A DNA stretch of 51,607 bases from an uncultured Gammaproteobacteria bacterium (GTDB lineage: Bacteria; Pseudomonadota; Gammaproteobacteria; GCA-002705445; GCA-002716945). Positions 1 to 9,925 of the stretch are shown here, piece by piece. The notes below the pieces were generated by a model. That model did not search any database. It saw nothing but the letters and a program-made list of their open reading frames with translations, and was not told where the DNA came from. Both the position numbers and the translations under genes were made by a program. Numbering within the stretch: the stretch's first letter is position 1; each line of letters begins with the position of its first letter. Where the stretch lies: the NCBI GenBank assembly GCA_913041905.1, contig CAJWJQ010000001.1:1-51607 (forward strand), in the 5' to 3' direction.

Positions 1-267
1 AATAGCCCTTTTCATCGATAATAATGTAGCATTATGAATATTTAATTGGTCTATTTCATCATTGGGTGACACGCCAATGCCTACAGAAATACAATTATTC
101 AGAATATATGAAGCTAAGAAAGACCTTTTTTTTTCAGTTAATAATTTAGAATCTTTCAATATGCTTCTATCTATTGATTCATTTAGTATAATAGCGGCTG
201 ATATTACTGGGCCTGCTAAACACCCTCTTCCAACTTCATCTACACCTGCTAAAATTTGGCTTGTCAT
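1..267 (-). CDS. rnhB: Ribonuclease HII, N-terminal 89 codons (gene runs off the window edge)
   Basis: Not in the ORF track. The reverse complement of 1-267 reads without stops from ATG (complement of 265-267): MTSQILAGVDEVGRGCLAGPVISAAIILNES...IHNATLLSMKRAI. GVDEVGRGxLxGPV is the RNase HII active-site signature. The gene is an lpxB neighbour, as in E. coli. Confidence 0.85.
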   Translation of the reverse strand, partial: MTSQILAGVDEVGRGCLAGPVISAAIILNESIDRSILKDSKLLTEKKRSFLASYILNNCISVGIGVSPNDEIDQLNIHNATLLSMKRAI

Positions 268-333
268 AAATGGTCCACTATATATAATTGAGTTATTATA
301 AATATAACAAAAAAGACAAATCATTACTCTAAA

Positions 334-1257
334 ATGCTAAGAAAAAAATTAAAAATAGGTGTTATTGGGATAGGCTATCTTGGAAAATTTCATCTAGAAA
401 AATTCATAAATAATAAAAAATCAGAGGTAATTTGGGTAGTTGATAAACTAATTGATAGTATAGATATTTCCATACCGAAAAAAATCTCAAAAATAAAAGA
501 TTTTAAGAAAATAATAAATGATATTGATGCTGTTTCTATAGTTACTCCTACTAATACTCATTATAATATTGCTAAATTCTTCTTAGAAAATAAAAAACAT
601 GTATTAATAGAAAAACCTATGACAAAAAATATCAATGAAGCAAAAAAATTAATTGATATTGCTAAAAAAAATAAAGTTATACTTCAGGTTGGTCATTTAG
701 AAAGATTTAATCCTGTAATGAAAAAATTGACTAGTGAAATTAAATCCCCTTTATTTATTGAAGTTCACAGATTAGCAAAATTTAACCCTAGATCAACAGA
801 CGTTAATGTAATATTTGATCTTATGATTCATGATATAGATATAATAATGTCATTGATAAAAAAGAAAGTTAAAAAAATAACTGCATTTGGGAAAAAAATA
901 ATAACTAAGACAACAGATATTGCAAATGTTAGAATAGATTTTGAGGGTGGGATAATTGCTAATTTAACTGCTAGCAGAATTAGTCAAAAAAATGAAAGGA
1001 AAATTAGAATTTTTGAAAAGGAAAAATACTACTCGGTAGATTTTATGATATCAAGTATAAAAAAATACTCAAAAAATAAAAATACTAGAAATAAATTATT
1101 TAACCTCAATGAATATAGCTATAAAAAATCTGATGCTTTAAAAGATGAGGTAAATAACTTTATATTATCTTGCTTAAAACAAGCTAAGCCTCTTGTTGAT
1201 GGGACTCAAGGCATGGAAGCAGTAAAAATCGCTTCTATTATCTCAAAACAATTATGA
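334..1257 (+). CDS. Gfo/Idh/MocA-family NAD-dependent oxidoreductase; probable UDP-GlcNAc 3-dehydrogenase (GnnA-like)
   Basis: N-terminal Rossmann motif KIGVIGIGYLGKFH, 307 aa. It overlaps the downstream DegT-type aminotransferase by 4 nt and lies in the lpx cluster, the same context as A. ferrooxidans gnnA. The family call is strong; substrate specificity is inferred. Confidence 0.7.
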   Translation: MLRKKLKIGVIGIGYLGKFHLEKFINNKKSEVIWVVDKLIDSIDISIPKKISKIKDFKKIINDIDAVSIVTPTNTHYNIAKFFLENKKHVLIEKPMTKNINEAKKLIDIAKKNKVILQVGHLERFNPVMKKLTSEIKSPLFIEVHRLAKFNPRSTDVNVIFDLMIHDIDIIMSLIKKKVKKITAFGKKIITKTTDIANVRIDFEGGIIANLTASRISQKNERKIRIFEKEKYYSVDFMISSIKKYSKNKNTRNKLFNLNEYSYKKSDALKDEVNNFILSCLKQAKPLVDGTQGMEAVKIASIISKQL

Positions 1258-2354
1258 GTAAAAAAATTAAAATATTTGATTTAACTAAACAATATAAAAG
1301 TTTAAGTAACCAAATTAATAGAAATGTTAAGAAAGTTCTATCTTCTGGTAATTATATACTAGGTGATAATGTTAAAAACTTTGAAACAAAATTTTCTAAA
1401 TTTGTTGGTTCAAAATATGCAATTTCTTGTAATTCTGGCACTGATGCTTTGCTACTTTCATTAAAATCATTAAACATAGGTAGAGGTGACGAGGTAATTA
1501 CTACTCCTTTTACATATTTTGCAACCGCAGAAACTATTGTTCTTGCTGGCGCTAAACCTGTCTTTGTTGATATAAACCCCCAAACATTTAATATTGATCA
1601 TACAAAAATTATAAATGCTATAACCAAAAAAACTAAAGCTGTAATGCCTGTTCATATATTTGGACAAATGGCTAACATTATAGAGATAAAAAAAATATGT
1701 AAAAAATATAATTTAAAATTAATTGAAGATTGTGCTCAATCATTTGGGGCTAAAGAAAATAAATTATATTCTGGAACTTTTGGAGATTTTGGTTGCTTCA
1801 GCTTCTTTCCTACGAAAAACCTTGGTTGCGCAGGTGATGGTGGCATGATAATAACAAATAATTATCAAAACATGCATATGGTAAAACAGCTTAGAAATCA
1901 CGGGGGAATAACAAGGAACCTTCATAGTCATGTTGGCTATAATTCTAGGTTGGATGAAATACAGGCATCTATTTTAATGATAAAACTTAAAAATATAAAG
2001 AAACTTAACGGTAAAAGAAATAAAATTGCTAATCTGTATAAAGCTCAAATTAAGAATAATAAAATAACAACACCGTATGAGCTAAATGTTTCTAGTCATG
2101 TATATAATCAATTTACTTTGATAGTACAAAATAGAAATAAGTTTATGAAATATTTGTCAAAATATAAAATACCATATGGAGTTTATTACCCATTACCTGT
2201 ATACAAACAAAAAGCATTAAAATCATTTAATTACAAATATAGATTAAATAATGTAGAAAAAATAACCAAACAATGTATATCTCTGCCAATATACCCAGAG
2301 TTAACTAATGACTCCGTTAAATATATCTCCGAAGTAATAAATGGTTATAAGTAA
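1254..2354 (+). CDS. DegT/DnrJ/EryC1/StrS-family PLP aminotransferase; probable UDP-3-oxo-GlcNAc transaminase (GnnB-like)
   Basis: 366 aa. Carries NSGTDAL and the SFFPTKNLG..GDGG PLP-lysine region typical of sugar aminotransferases. Overlaps lpxB by 14 nt. Confidence 0.7.
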   Translation: MSKKIKIFDLTKQYKSLSNQINRNVKKVLSSGNYILGDNVKNFETKFSKFVGSKYAISCNSGTDALLLSLKSLNIGRGDEVITTPFTYFATAETIVLAGAKPVFVDINPQTFNIDHTKIINAITKKTKAVMPVHIFGQMANIIEIKKICKKYNLKLIEDCAQSFGAKENKLYSGTFGDFGCFSFFPTKNLGCAGDGGMIITNNYQNMHMVKQLRNHGGITRNLHSHVGYNSRLDEIQASILMIKLKNIKKLNGKRNKIANLYKAQIKNNKITTPYELNVSSHVYNQFTLIVQNRNKFMKYLSKYKIPYGVYYPLPVYKQKALKSFNYKYRLNNVEKITKQCISLPIYPELTNDSVKYISEVINGYK

Positions 2355-3483
2355 ATTAAAAAAAAATATATTTATTATTGCAGGAGAATCTTCAGGAGAC
2401 CAACACGCTGCCAATTATGTAAATGAACATAAAAAACTTAATCCAAATATAAATTTTTCAGCAATTGGACAACAGGAGTTAAAAAATTCTGGGGCAAATA
2501 TAATTTTTAACTCAGAAATAATATCTGTCGTTGGAATAATTGAAGTTATCTTTAAATATAGAAAAATAAGGAAAGCTTTAAATATTGCTTATGAGCACAT
2601 AATTAATAATAAACCTGACTTAATTGTCTTGGTGGATTATGTTGAATTTAACTTAAAAATTGCAAAATTTGCTAAAGAAAAGAATATACCAGTTTTATTT
2701 TATATAGCTCCACAAGTCTGGGCATGGAGAGAAAAAAGAATAAAAAAAATTATCAATGCTGTAAATCACTTAGCTGTTGTGTTTCCTTTTGAAAAAGAAT
2801 TATTTGATAAGTATACAAAAAATGTCACTTATGTTGGGCATCCATTAGCGGATAATGATGCACTTTCCCCGTCACAATTAAATTATAATGAAAAAACCAC
2901 ATATATTGGTATTTTTCCAGGAAGTAGAGAGTCAGAAATACGTAACAATCTTCATTGTATGATTAATTGCATTAGAATAGACAAGGATAAAGAAATTTAT
3001 AATAAAATTAAAATATTTTATTCAAACAATACTGCAAAAAAATTAATTTCTAACTTATTGCCAAAAAATTGGAGTAAATTATTAGTAAGTGGTAGAAATA
3101 TTAATGAAATAAAAAAATGCAAAAAAGCAATAACCGCATCAGGTACTATTACATTAGAATTGGCATTAATGAATATTCCCATGGTTATAGTTTATAGATT
3201 ATCTCCTATCTCTTATTTCATCATGAAAAATTTAATCAAACTTAAATACATAGGGCTTGTAAATCTTGTTTTAGGCAATACACTTGGGTCACGACCAATT
3301 GTTAAGGAATTTATTCAACCTGGGTATAGTGATGAAATTGAAGTAATGGTTGAGTTACAAAATATTGATCAAAATAAAAAATACAGAGAATCTATTCAAG
3401 ACAATTATAAAGAAATTAGAAGTGTGCTGAAACCCGGAGCTGCAATAAATGTTGCAAAACTAGCAGAAGAAATGATTATCTAG
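2341..3483 (+). CDS. lpxB: Lipid-A-disaccharide synthase
   Basis: 380 aa. N-terminal IIAGESSGDQHAA matches the LpxB AGExSGD motif. C-terminal SGTITLE region present. Lies in the lpx cluster. Confidence 0.9.
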   Translation: MVISKLKKNIFIIAGESSGDQHAANYVNEHKKLNPNINFSAIGQQELKNSGANIIFNSEIISVVGIIEVIFKYRKIRKALNIAYEHIINNKPDLIVLVDYVEFNLKIAKFAKEKNIPVLFYIAPQVWAWREKRIKKIINAVNHLAVVFPFEKELFDKYTKNVTYVGHPLADNDALSPSQLNYNEKTTYIGIFPGSRESEIRNNLHCMINCIRIDKDKEIYNKIKIFYSNNTAKKLISNLLPKNWSKLLVSGRNINEIKKCKKAITASGTITLELALMNIPMVIVYRLSPISYFIMKNLIKLKYIGLVNLVLGNTLGSRPIVKEFIQPGYSDEIEVMVELQNIDQNKKYRESIQDNYKEIRSVLKPGAAINVAKLAEEMII

Positions 3484-4246
3484 TTACTCCTCTAGAACTT
3501 TTCTCGATAAACTCTACAAATTTATCTACTTCTTTATAATCATAACCCAAATCTTTAAAGCATTTTAATGACTCTTTTCTAGTGGTCTTGGATTTTATGA
3601 AAATCTTAAATGTTTTTTCTAATGCTGAAATCACATCATTATCAAACCCTTTTCTCTTAAGACCAGCAGTATTTATTTTATAAGCCTGAGCATGGTTGCC
3701 AGCTACTAAAGTATATGGTGTAACATCACGAGAAATAACAGTTCCTAATCCAGTGAATGCATATTCACCAATATTGCAAAACTGATGGACTAATGTGAAT
3801 CCACCTAATGACACATTGTGTCCAATTTCTACATGTCCTGCCAGCGATGCAGCATTTGAAAATATACAATTATCTTTGATTATACAATCATGGGCTACAT
3901 GAGTGTATGCCATAAAAAGATTTTGGGAACCAATGACGGTTTTATTAATGCCTTTGGCAGTTCCTCTATTGATAGTACAGCATTCTCTAAATACATTATT
4001 ATCACCAATAATTAATGTTGAATCTTCACCTTTAAACTTTAAATCTTGAGGCTGTTCCCCTATGGAAGCATATTGAAATATATGATTATTTTTTCCAATG
4101 ATTGTATTTTTTTTAATAGTTACATGGTTTTCAACAACAGTATTTGCATCGATTTTAACATTATCATCAATAATGCTGTATGGGCCTATGACAACCGATG
4201 TGTCAATTTCTGCAGCTTTACCAATGATAGCGGTTTTATGTATCAT
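3476..4246 (-). CDS. lpxA: Acyl-ACP--UDP-N-acetylglucosamine O-acyltransferase
   Basis: 256 aa. Hexapeptide-repeat left-handed beta-helix ([15 protein letters not shown]...) with a helical C-terminal domain. Follows fabZ with a 4-nt overlap. Confidence 0.92.
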   Translation of the reverse strand: MIHKTAIIGKAAEIDTSVVIGPYSIIDDNVKIDANTVVENHVTIKKNTIIGKNNHIFQYASIGEQPQDLKFKGEDSTLIIGDNNVFRECCTINRGTAKGINKTVIGSQNLFMAYTHVAHDCIIKDNCIFSNAASLAGHVEIGHNVSLGGFTLVHQFCNIGEYAFTGLGTVISRDVTPYTLVAGNHAQAYKINTAGLKRKGFDNDVISALEKTFKIFIKSKTTRKESLKCFKDLGYDYKEVDKFVEFIEKSSRGVTR

Positions 4247-4689
4247 TCCTTGTCTCTAACTGCTCCTAATAACTCCGCTGTGCAAACTATATAGTCATCA
4301 ACCTTGCAAACAGCATTAAACTTGTACACGTCTTTTTTGCTGTGTGTTAGCTTTACCTCAATCGTCATAACATCTCCAGGTAATACGGGTTTCTTGAATC
4401 TCGCCTTATCTATTCCAACAAAATAATACAAAAGGTTATTTTTTTCTCTATTATTACTTTTAAAATCTAAAAGTGCTGTTGCTTGCGCCATTGCTTCCAA
4501 AATTAATACACCGGGGAAAACAGGGTAATCAGGAAAATGTCCTTGGAAAAAAGGCTCGTTATTGCTTACATTTTTTTGTGCTATTAAATATTCATGTTTT
4601 TTAAAATCTATTAATTTATCTATTAAAAGAAATGGGTATCTATGTGGTAAATAATTTCTAACATCATTGTTGTTCATCTTTTTCTCCAT
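4243..4689 (-). CDS. fabZ: 3-hydroxyacyl-ACP dehydratase
   Basis: [12 protein letters not shown]...[24 protein letters not shown] is near-identical to the FabZ consensus. An alternative ATG lies at 4677. Confidence 0.95.
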   Translation of the reverse strand: MEKKMNNNDVRNYLPHRYPFLLIDKLIDFKKHEYLIAQKNVSNNEPFFQGHFPDYPVFPGVLILEAMAQATALLDFKSNNREKNNLLYYFVGIDKARFKKPVLPGDVMTIEVKLTHSKKDVYKFNAVCKVDDYIVCTAELLGAVRDKE

Positions 4690-5635
4690 TTTCTTTTTTA
4701 ATAATTTTTGCTAATTGGTCTAAGGTTTTAAATCTTGCTTGATTTTTTCTCCAACTCTCAGCTTTTTCAACCGTGGTGCCAGATGCATATTGTCCTGGTT
4801 CCGTTAAACTTTTAGTTACCATTGTCATACCATGTATATGCACATTATCAACTATTTTAATATGTCCATTGATTCCAGCGCCGCCACCGATAGTACAATT
4901 TTTTCCAATTGAAGTGCTACCCGCAATTCCAACACATGCTGCTATAGCAGTATTTTCTCCAATTATTACATTATGTGCTACGTGAACATGATTATCAATT
5001 TTAACATTATCATATATTATTGTACTGTCGATAGAAGCCCTATCAATAGTTGTGTTTGCTCCTACCTCAACATTATTATGAATAATGACATTACCAACTT
5101 GTGGAACTTTTTGCCATTTCTTAGATTCATCAAGAACAAGGCCAAAACCATCTGAGCCAATAATAGATCCTGAGGAAATAATAACGTTTTCACCAATTAT
5201 TGTATTATCATAAATTACAACATTAGGAAAAATTATTGAATTATTTCCAATCGTAACATTATCACCTAATACAACATTTTTACCAATAGTTGCTGTCTTT
5301 GAAATATTAGAGTTTTTGTTATTATTTAAAAACAGTGAACTATTAGCACAATCAAATGATTCGTAAATTAATTTAGAAAAAATTAACAAAGGGTTGTCAG
5401 ATATAAGCACTGGTTGTGTAATTTCTTCAGCAAGCTCAGGAGTAGAAATAATACATGACAATGAAGCTTCTTTTAATAAATCTATATATTTTTTATCTGC
5501 AATATAGGAGATTGCTCCTTTTTTGCTTTTTGATAAACTACATATAGAATTAATTATTGTTTTTTTATCCCCTTTAATTTTACAATTATATTTTTGAGAT
5601 ACTTCTTCAAGCGTATATTCTTTTTTTAGCTTCAT
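4664..5635 (-). CDS. lpxD: UDP-3-O-acylglucosamine N-acyltransferase
   Basis: 323 aa. Long hexapeptide-repeat region. Sits between skp and fabZ. Confidence 0.92.
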   Translation of the reverse strand: MKLKKEYTLEEVSQKYNCKIKGDKKTIINSICSLSKSKKGAISYIADKKYIDLLKEASLSCIISTPELAEEITQPVLISDNPLLIFSKLIYESFDCANSSLFLNNNKNSNISKTATIGKNVVLGDNVTIGNNSIIFPNVVIYDNTIIGENVIISSGSIIGSDGFGLVLDESKKWQKVPQVGNVIIHNNVEVGANTTIDRASIDSTIIYDNVKIDNHVHVAHNVIIGENTAIAACVGIAGSTSIGKNCTIGGGAGINGHIKIVDNVHIHGMTMVTKSLTEPGQYASGTTVEKAESWRKNQARFKTLDQLAKIIKKENGEKDEQQ

Positions 5636-6141
5636 TATTGAAGTTTAGATATAATGTCTTGGGTAATATTGATATATTTCTTTGCATAAAGGGTTGTTCC
5701 ATCTGCTCTTAAAATAATATCAAAATTATTTTTTTCAGCATATTCTTTAATAGCTTTTTCAACAATATTTCTTAATCTTGTAAGCTCTTCACGTTGCACT
5801 TTATCTAAGTCAATTTGAAGCTTCTCTTGCCCAGATCTAAATTTTCCTTCTATAGATTGTATTTTTTTAACAAGCTCCTTTTTTTCTTTATCAGACATTA
5901 CCGTTTCATTTTTCAAATATTTATCATTTAAGCTGCTCCACTCTTTTTCAAGTGTTTTAAGATTTCTAGCTTTTGGATCAAATTGTTTTTTAATTTTTTC
6001 TTGTGACTCTTTATACATTGGGACTTCTTTAAACAAAATGTCTAAATTGACAATTCCCATTTTAACTTCAGCTTTTAACGTATTTGGTAAAATTAAAGAT
6101 AAACAAATTGAAAATAGTATTAATTTTATAATTTTTTTCAT
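5635..6141 (-). CDS. skp: Periplasmic chaperone Skp (OmpH family)
   Basis: 168 aa. Signal peptide followed by Lys/Glu-rich coiled-coil sequence. Canonical position between bamA and lpxD. Confidence 0.88.
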   Translation of the reverse strand: MKKIIKLILFSICLSLILPNTLKAEVKMGIVNLDILFKEVPMYKESQEKIKKQFDPKARNLKTLEKEWSSLNDKYLKNETVMSDKEKKELVKKIQSIEGKFRSGQEKLQIDLDKVQREELTRLRNIVEKAIKEYAEKNNFDIILRADGTTLYAKKYINITQDIISKLQ

Positions 6142-6143
6142 TT

Positions 6144-8564
6144 TTAAAATGTTCCTCCAAGCCTAAATATTACAGATTGAAAATCATCTCCTAGCTCATC
6201 TTTAAGGGCGTTTGCAAATCCAACAGATAATGCACCCACTGGTGTCGAAATATTTACTTGTAATCCATAACTTGCTCTAATCTCATTGTAATCGAAATTG
6301 TTAATTTTCTCAAATACGTTCCCTGCATCAACAAATAATGATGTTCTGAAATTTCTTGCATCATCCCCTAAAAACGGTGGTGGTGGGAAAAGCCAGTCAA
6401 ACTGAGCAACGGTTAGGAAATCACCACCAACGGCGTCACATTTGATAAGCTCTCCTGGTACTTGAAGCGCTGCACATGTTTGAGCACCTCTTGGCGCATT
6501 ATATGTTAAAGGACCTAAGCTTGCAGCCTTAAAACCTCTTACTGTGCTATTACCACCTGCGAAAAATTTATTATAAAAAGGTAGTGATGTTGCTCCAGAT
6601 AAACCAGCTCCTACTCCAAGTTGAGTTCTAAGTTGAAAAACAGTGTTCCAGTCAAATCCAAATGTTTTAAGATTATAGGGAATATTAAATTCAGTGTTAT
6701 ATCGCGCAGATACATAAGATGCTCCTTCTGCTGCTAAAAATAAATTTCCTGAAACTCTATTTAGAATTCCTGTTTCAGCAAATCTAGTTCTATTTCTAGT
6801 GTCTGAGGTATAATTAGCTTTAATATCAACCCCTAAAGAATCATCTCCATGATTAGCAATATGGTGAGTTACTATAACAGGCGAAGCGATAGTAGTTGTA
6901 TATTGTTTTAAAAGTATATCGTATCCAATACCAAAGGATTCTGTTTCCGATGTAGGGGTATTGTACATTACACCACCACCAAATGTATCAGAGAGATAAG
7001 TAGCTGTTGAAACACCGGTAACGTCAGTTTCGCTTATAATAAGATTAATAGTTTTAGCAACTCCATCTGGCGTATAATAAGGATCTGTTAAGTAAAATTG
7101 AAGTGCGGTTTGGACGCTACTTTTTGATGCTTTTATTGCTATATTTTTACCACCACCTAGAAAATTATCCTGTTTTAAGTCTACATCAAATATAGCTCCG
7201 TCTGTATCTGACCAACCAGCGCTTATTTTAAACTCACCAGCCTTCCTTTCTGTTATAACAAAAGTTAAATCTACTAAATCAGGAGAATTTGGTACTTTAG
7301 TTTTTGTTATTTCTACATTATCAACAAATTTTAATCTTTGTAGTCTAACTTTAGATCTCTCTATCTTAGAATATACATGCAAGGATGACTCATACTGTCT
7401 TAGCTCTCTTCTGTAAACTTCGTCATTAGTGCTATCGTTGCCTTTTATATTTATCCTGCGTACTGTGGTAGCTTGTCCAACATCCATTCGAAATTCTAAA
7501 TCAACAATTTTAGTTTCATCATCAATAATAGGTAATGAAACTATATCAGGAAAGGCATACCCTTTTTCTCCCAAAAGACTCGCCAAAAGTTTTTCTGTTC
7601 GCTGTATCTTTTGTCTTGAAAAAGTCTGTTTAGGGAGGATTACGTATGATAGTTCTTTTTTGATTATGGAAGGCTCTAGAACTGTATTACCAAATAATCT
7701 TAAATCACCAAATTCATATTTTTCGCCTTCTTCCATATTAATGGTTATAATTATGTCTTGGTTATCATTTGATAAATGAACTTGGTTTGATAATATTCTA
7801 AACCTTATGTAACCTCTATTAAAATAATAGTCCTCTATTCTTCCAATATCAGCTTTTAAGACTGAGCTTGAGTAGGTGTCTTTATCAGACCAAACTTGAA
7901 AAAAATATTTAGTTCCAAGAGTCATTATTCCTTTTAACTTTTCATTTGAAAAATTTTTATTCCCTATAAAGTTTATTTTTTTAATTCTTGATGGCTCTCC
8001 TTCGTTTATTATAAGTTCAACCGCAACTCTATTTCTTTCTAATTTTGTAAGCTTTGTTTGTATGCTTGCATTATATCTTCCTCTGTCAAAATATAATCTT
8101 ACTAACTCTTGCTCTATTTTATCAAAGACATTTTTATCATAAGGACGGGTTCTGCTTATTCCCACATTATCCAAAGCATTAAAAATATCATCCTCTCCTA
8201 TTATTGAGTTATCAGTTATCTTAATATCTGAAATAATTGGTTTTTCTGTTACTTTTATAATTAAATCATTAAATTTCATCTCTACAGAAATATCTTCAAA
8301 GTATCCTGTATCATATAATTTTTTTATCACTTCCCTAATAATATTTTTGTTAACTACATCTCCTTGATTCACTTCAGCGTAACTTAATATTGTATTATTA
8401 GAAACTCTTTGATTTCCTTGTATAATAATATTTGACACTGTTATTTCATTAGAACTAGTTTCTTCAGTATCTATTATGTCAGAATTAGTTTCTTCAGCAT
8501 TTGTTACGTTAAAAGATAACGTAAAACAAAATATGAAAATAAATATTATAGTTTTTTTAATCAC
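6144..8564 (-). CDS. bamA: Outer-membrane protein assembly factor BamA
   Basis: 806 aa. Signal peptide, POTRA-like repeats, and a C-terminal beta-barrel ending in aromatic ...FRLGGTF. Lies downstream of rseP. Confidence 0.93.
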   Translation of the reverse strand: MIKKTIIFIFIFCFTLSFNVTNAEETNSDIIDTEETSSNEITVSNIIIQGNQRVSNNTILSYAEVNQGDVVNKNIIREVIKKLYDTGYFEDISVEMKFNDLIIKVTEKPIISDIKITDNSIIGEDDIFNALDNVGISRTRPYDKNVFDKIEQELVRLYFDRGRYNASIQTKLTKLERNRVAVELIINEGEPSRIKKINFIGNKNFSNEKLKGIMTLGTKYFFQVWSDKDTYSSSVLKADIGRIEDYYFNRGYIRFRILSNQVHLSNDNQDIIITINMEEGEKYEFGDLRLFGNTVLEPSIIKKELSYVILPKQTFSRQKIQRTEKLLASLLGEKGYAFPDIVSLPIIDDETKIVDLEFRMDVGQATTVRRINIKGNDSTNDEVYRRELRQYESSLHVYSKIERSKVRLQRLKFVDNVEITKTKVPNSPDLVDLTFVITERKAGEFKISAGWSDTDGAIFDVDLKQDNFLGGGKNIAIKASKSSVQTALQFYLTDPYYTPDGVAKTINLIISETDVTGVSTATYLSDTFGGGVMYNTPTSETESFGIGYDILLKQYTTTIASPVIVTHHIANHGDDSLGVDIKANYTSDTRNRTRFAETGILNRVSGNLFLAAEGASYVSARYNTEFNIPYNLKTFGFDWNTVFQLRTQLGVGAGLSGATSLPFYNKFFAGGNSTVRGFKAASLGPLTYNAPRGAQTCAALQVPGELIKCDAVGGDFLTVAQFDWLFPPPPFLGDDARNFRTSLFVDAGNVFEKINNFDYNEIRASYGLQVNISTPVGALSVGFANALKDELGDDFQSVIFRLGGTF

Positions 8565-9925
8565 TTAAATAATCTCAAAAAATCATTATAGAATGCCACT
8601 ATCATTATGCCAAATAGTATTACTAAACCTATTTGCTGACCAATTAACTGTACTCTATAAGAGACTGGTTTACCTGCTATCATTTCAAAAATATAGTAAA
8701 CAAGATGACCTCCATCTAAAACAGGTATTGGAAGAAGGTTTAATACACCAAGACTTATACTCAATATAGCTAAAAGATATGCAAAATACACTATACCCAT
8801 GGATAAAGATTTTCCAGAAAACTCAGCTATACTAAGTGGTCCACTAATATTATTCATATTTGCTTGCCCAGTAAATAATTTAAATATCATTTTAAAAGTT
8901 AAAATAGTGTAATCTAATGTTAGCTTAAAAGATTTGTTAATTGAATCAAGCAAAGAGTATTTCACATTTACTGTATATTTACTTAACGCACTTTTATCTG
9001 GTGATACACCAGCATAACCAATATTTTTCCCATTTAACTCCTTTACAGAAGGAACTAGGATTACCTCTACATTTCTCTTATCTCTTAAAATCTTTAACCG
9101 TAATATATTATTTGGATTATTTTGAATTATAGATACATAAGAAGACCATGTAGCGACCTCTTGATCATTTATAGATAAAATAACATCGTTCTTTGCAAGC
9201 CCTGCAAGTGACGCTGGAGAATTATTTTCAACAAACCCTATTTTAGTTGAAAACTCTGGTGTTTTAGGGTTAATTCCAATATTAGATAATATATCACCTT
9301 TTTCTTGAAGAATATCAGGGTTATATGGGATTGATACAACATATTTTTCATTTCTTTCATTTATCATATGTATAGAAATTTTTTCATTATTTATAATGCT
9401 GTTTAAAATCTCAACTCTAACATCTTGCCATCTCTTAGTAGATGCATTATTAACTTTTTTAATTTCTAAATTTTCAGAGGTGGAAAAAATTTCATGATCA
9501 ATGTTATTTATTGAATTAATTAATGGCTTGATACCACTTATGCCCAAGAAATGAACAACTATAAAAAAAATAACCGCTAAAATTAAATTGAAAACAGGTC
9601 CAGCTGCTACAATTAAAAACCTTTTATAAACTGATTGCTTATCAAAACAATATTTTTCTGAAACACTTTCATCTTTATCTTTTATATTTTCTAATTCTTG
9701 TGATTCTAGCATTTTAACATATCCACCTAATGGTATTAGCCCGATACTATATTCTGTTCCTTGGGGGTTAAATTTTTTCTTGTAAATTGTTCTGCCAAAT
9801 CCAATCGCAAAATTTAATACTTTAACATTAAATAATCTAGCAACATAAAAATGTCCAAACTCATGAAATGTAACTAATATTCCAATAGCTATAAAAAAAC
9901 CAATTATGCTTTGTATTATTTCCAT
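8561..9925 (-). CDS. rseP: Site-2 (M50) zinc metalloprotease RseP
   Basis: HEFGHF zinc motif in the first TM helix, PDZ region, and C-terminal LDGG motif. 454 aa. Lies in the dxr-rseP-bamA order. Confidence 0.92.
   Translation of the reverse strand: MEIIQSIIGFFIAIGILVTFHEFGHFYVARLFNVKVLNFAIGFGRTIYKKKFNPQGTEYSIGLIPLGGYVKMLESQELENIKDKDESVSEKYCFDKQSVYKRFLIVAAGPVFNLILAVIFFIVVHFLGISGIKPLINSINNIDHEIFSTSENLEIKKVNNASTKRWQDVRVEILNSIINNEKISIHMINERNEKYVVSIPYNPDILQEKGDILSNIGINPKTPEFSTKIGFVENNSPASLAGLAKNDVILSINDQEVATWSSYVSIIQNNPNNILRLKILRDKRNVEVILVPSVKELNGKNIGYAGVSPDKSALSKYTVNVKYSLLDSINKSFKLTLDYTILTFKMIFKLFTGQANMNNISGPLSIAEFSGKSLSMGIVYFAYLLAILSISLGVLNLLPIPVLDGGHLVYYIFEMIAGKPVSYRVQLIGQQIGLVILFGIMIVAFYNDFLRLFK

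Noticed and set aside
62-301. 79-aa plus-strand ORF at the window start
   Set aside because: It lies entirely antisense to a clear RNase HII N-terminus (GVDEVGRGCLAGPV) on the minus strand. It has no recognisable family and is a shadow ORF.
7429-7779. Long antisense ORFs inside conserved genes: 7429-7779 in bamA, 14052-14423 in tsf/rpsB, 30059-30382 in clpP, 38325-38663 in lepB/lepA, 40585-40959 in degP, 16012-16314 in dapE, and others in the track
   Set aside because: All are embedded opposite well-conserved housekeeping genes. They have Ser/Leu/Phe/Ile-rich low-complexity translations, no Shine-Dalgarno, and no motif. I treat them as chance open frames.
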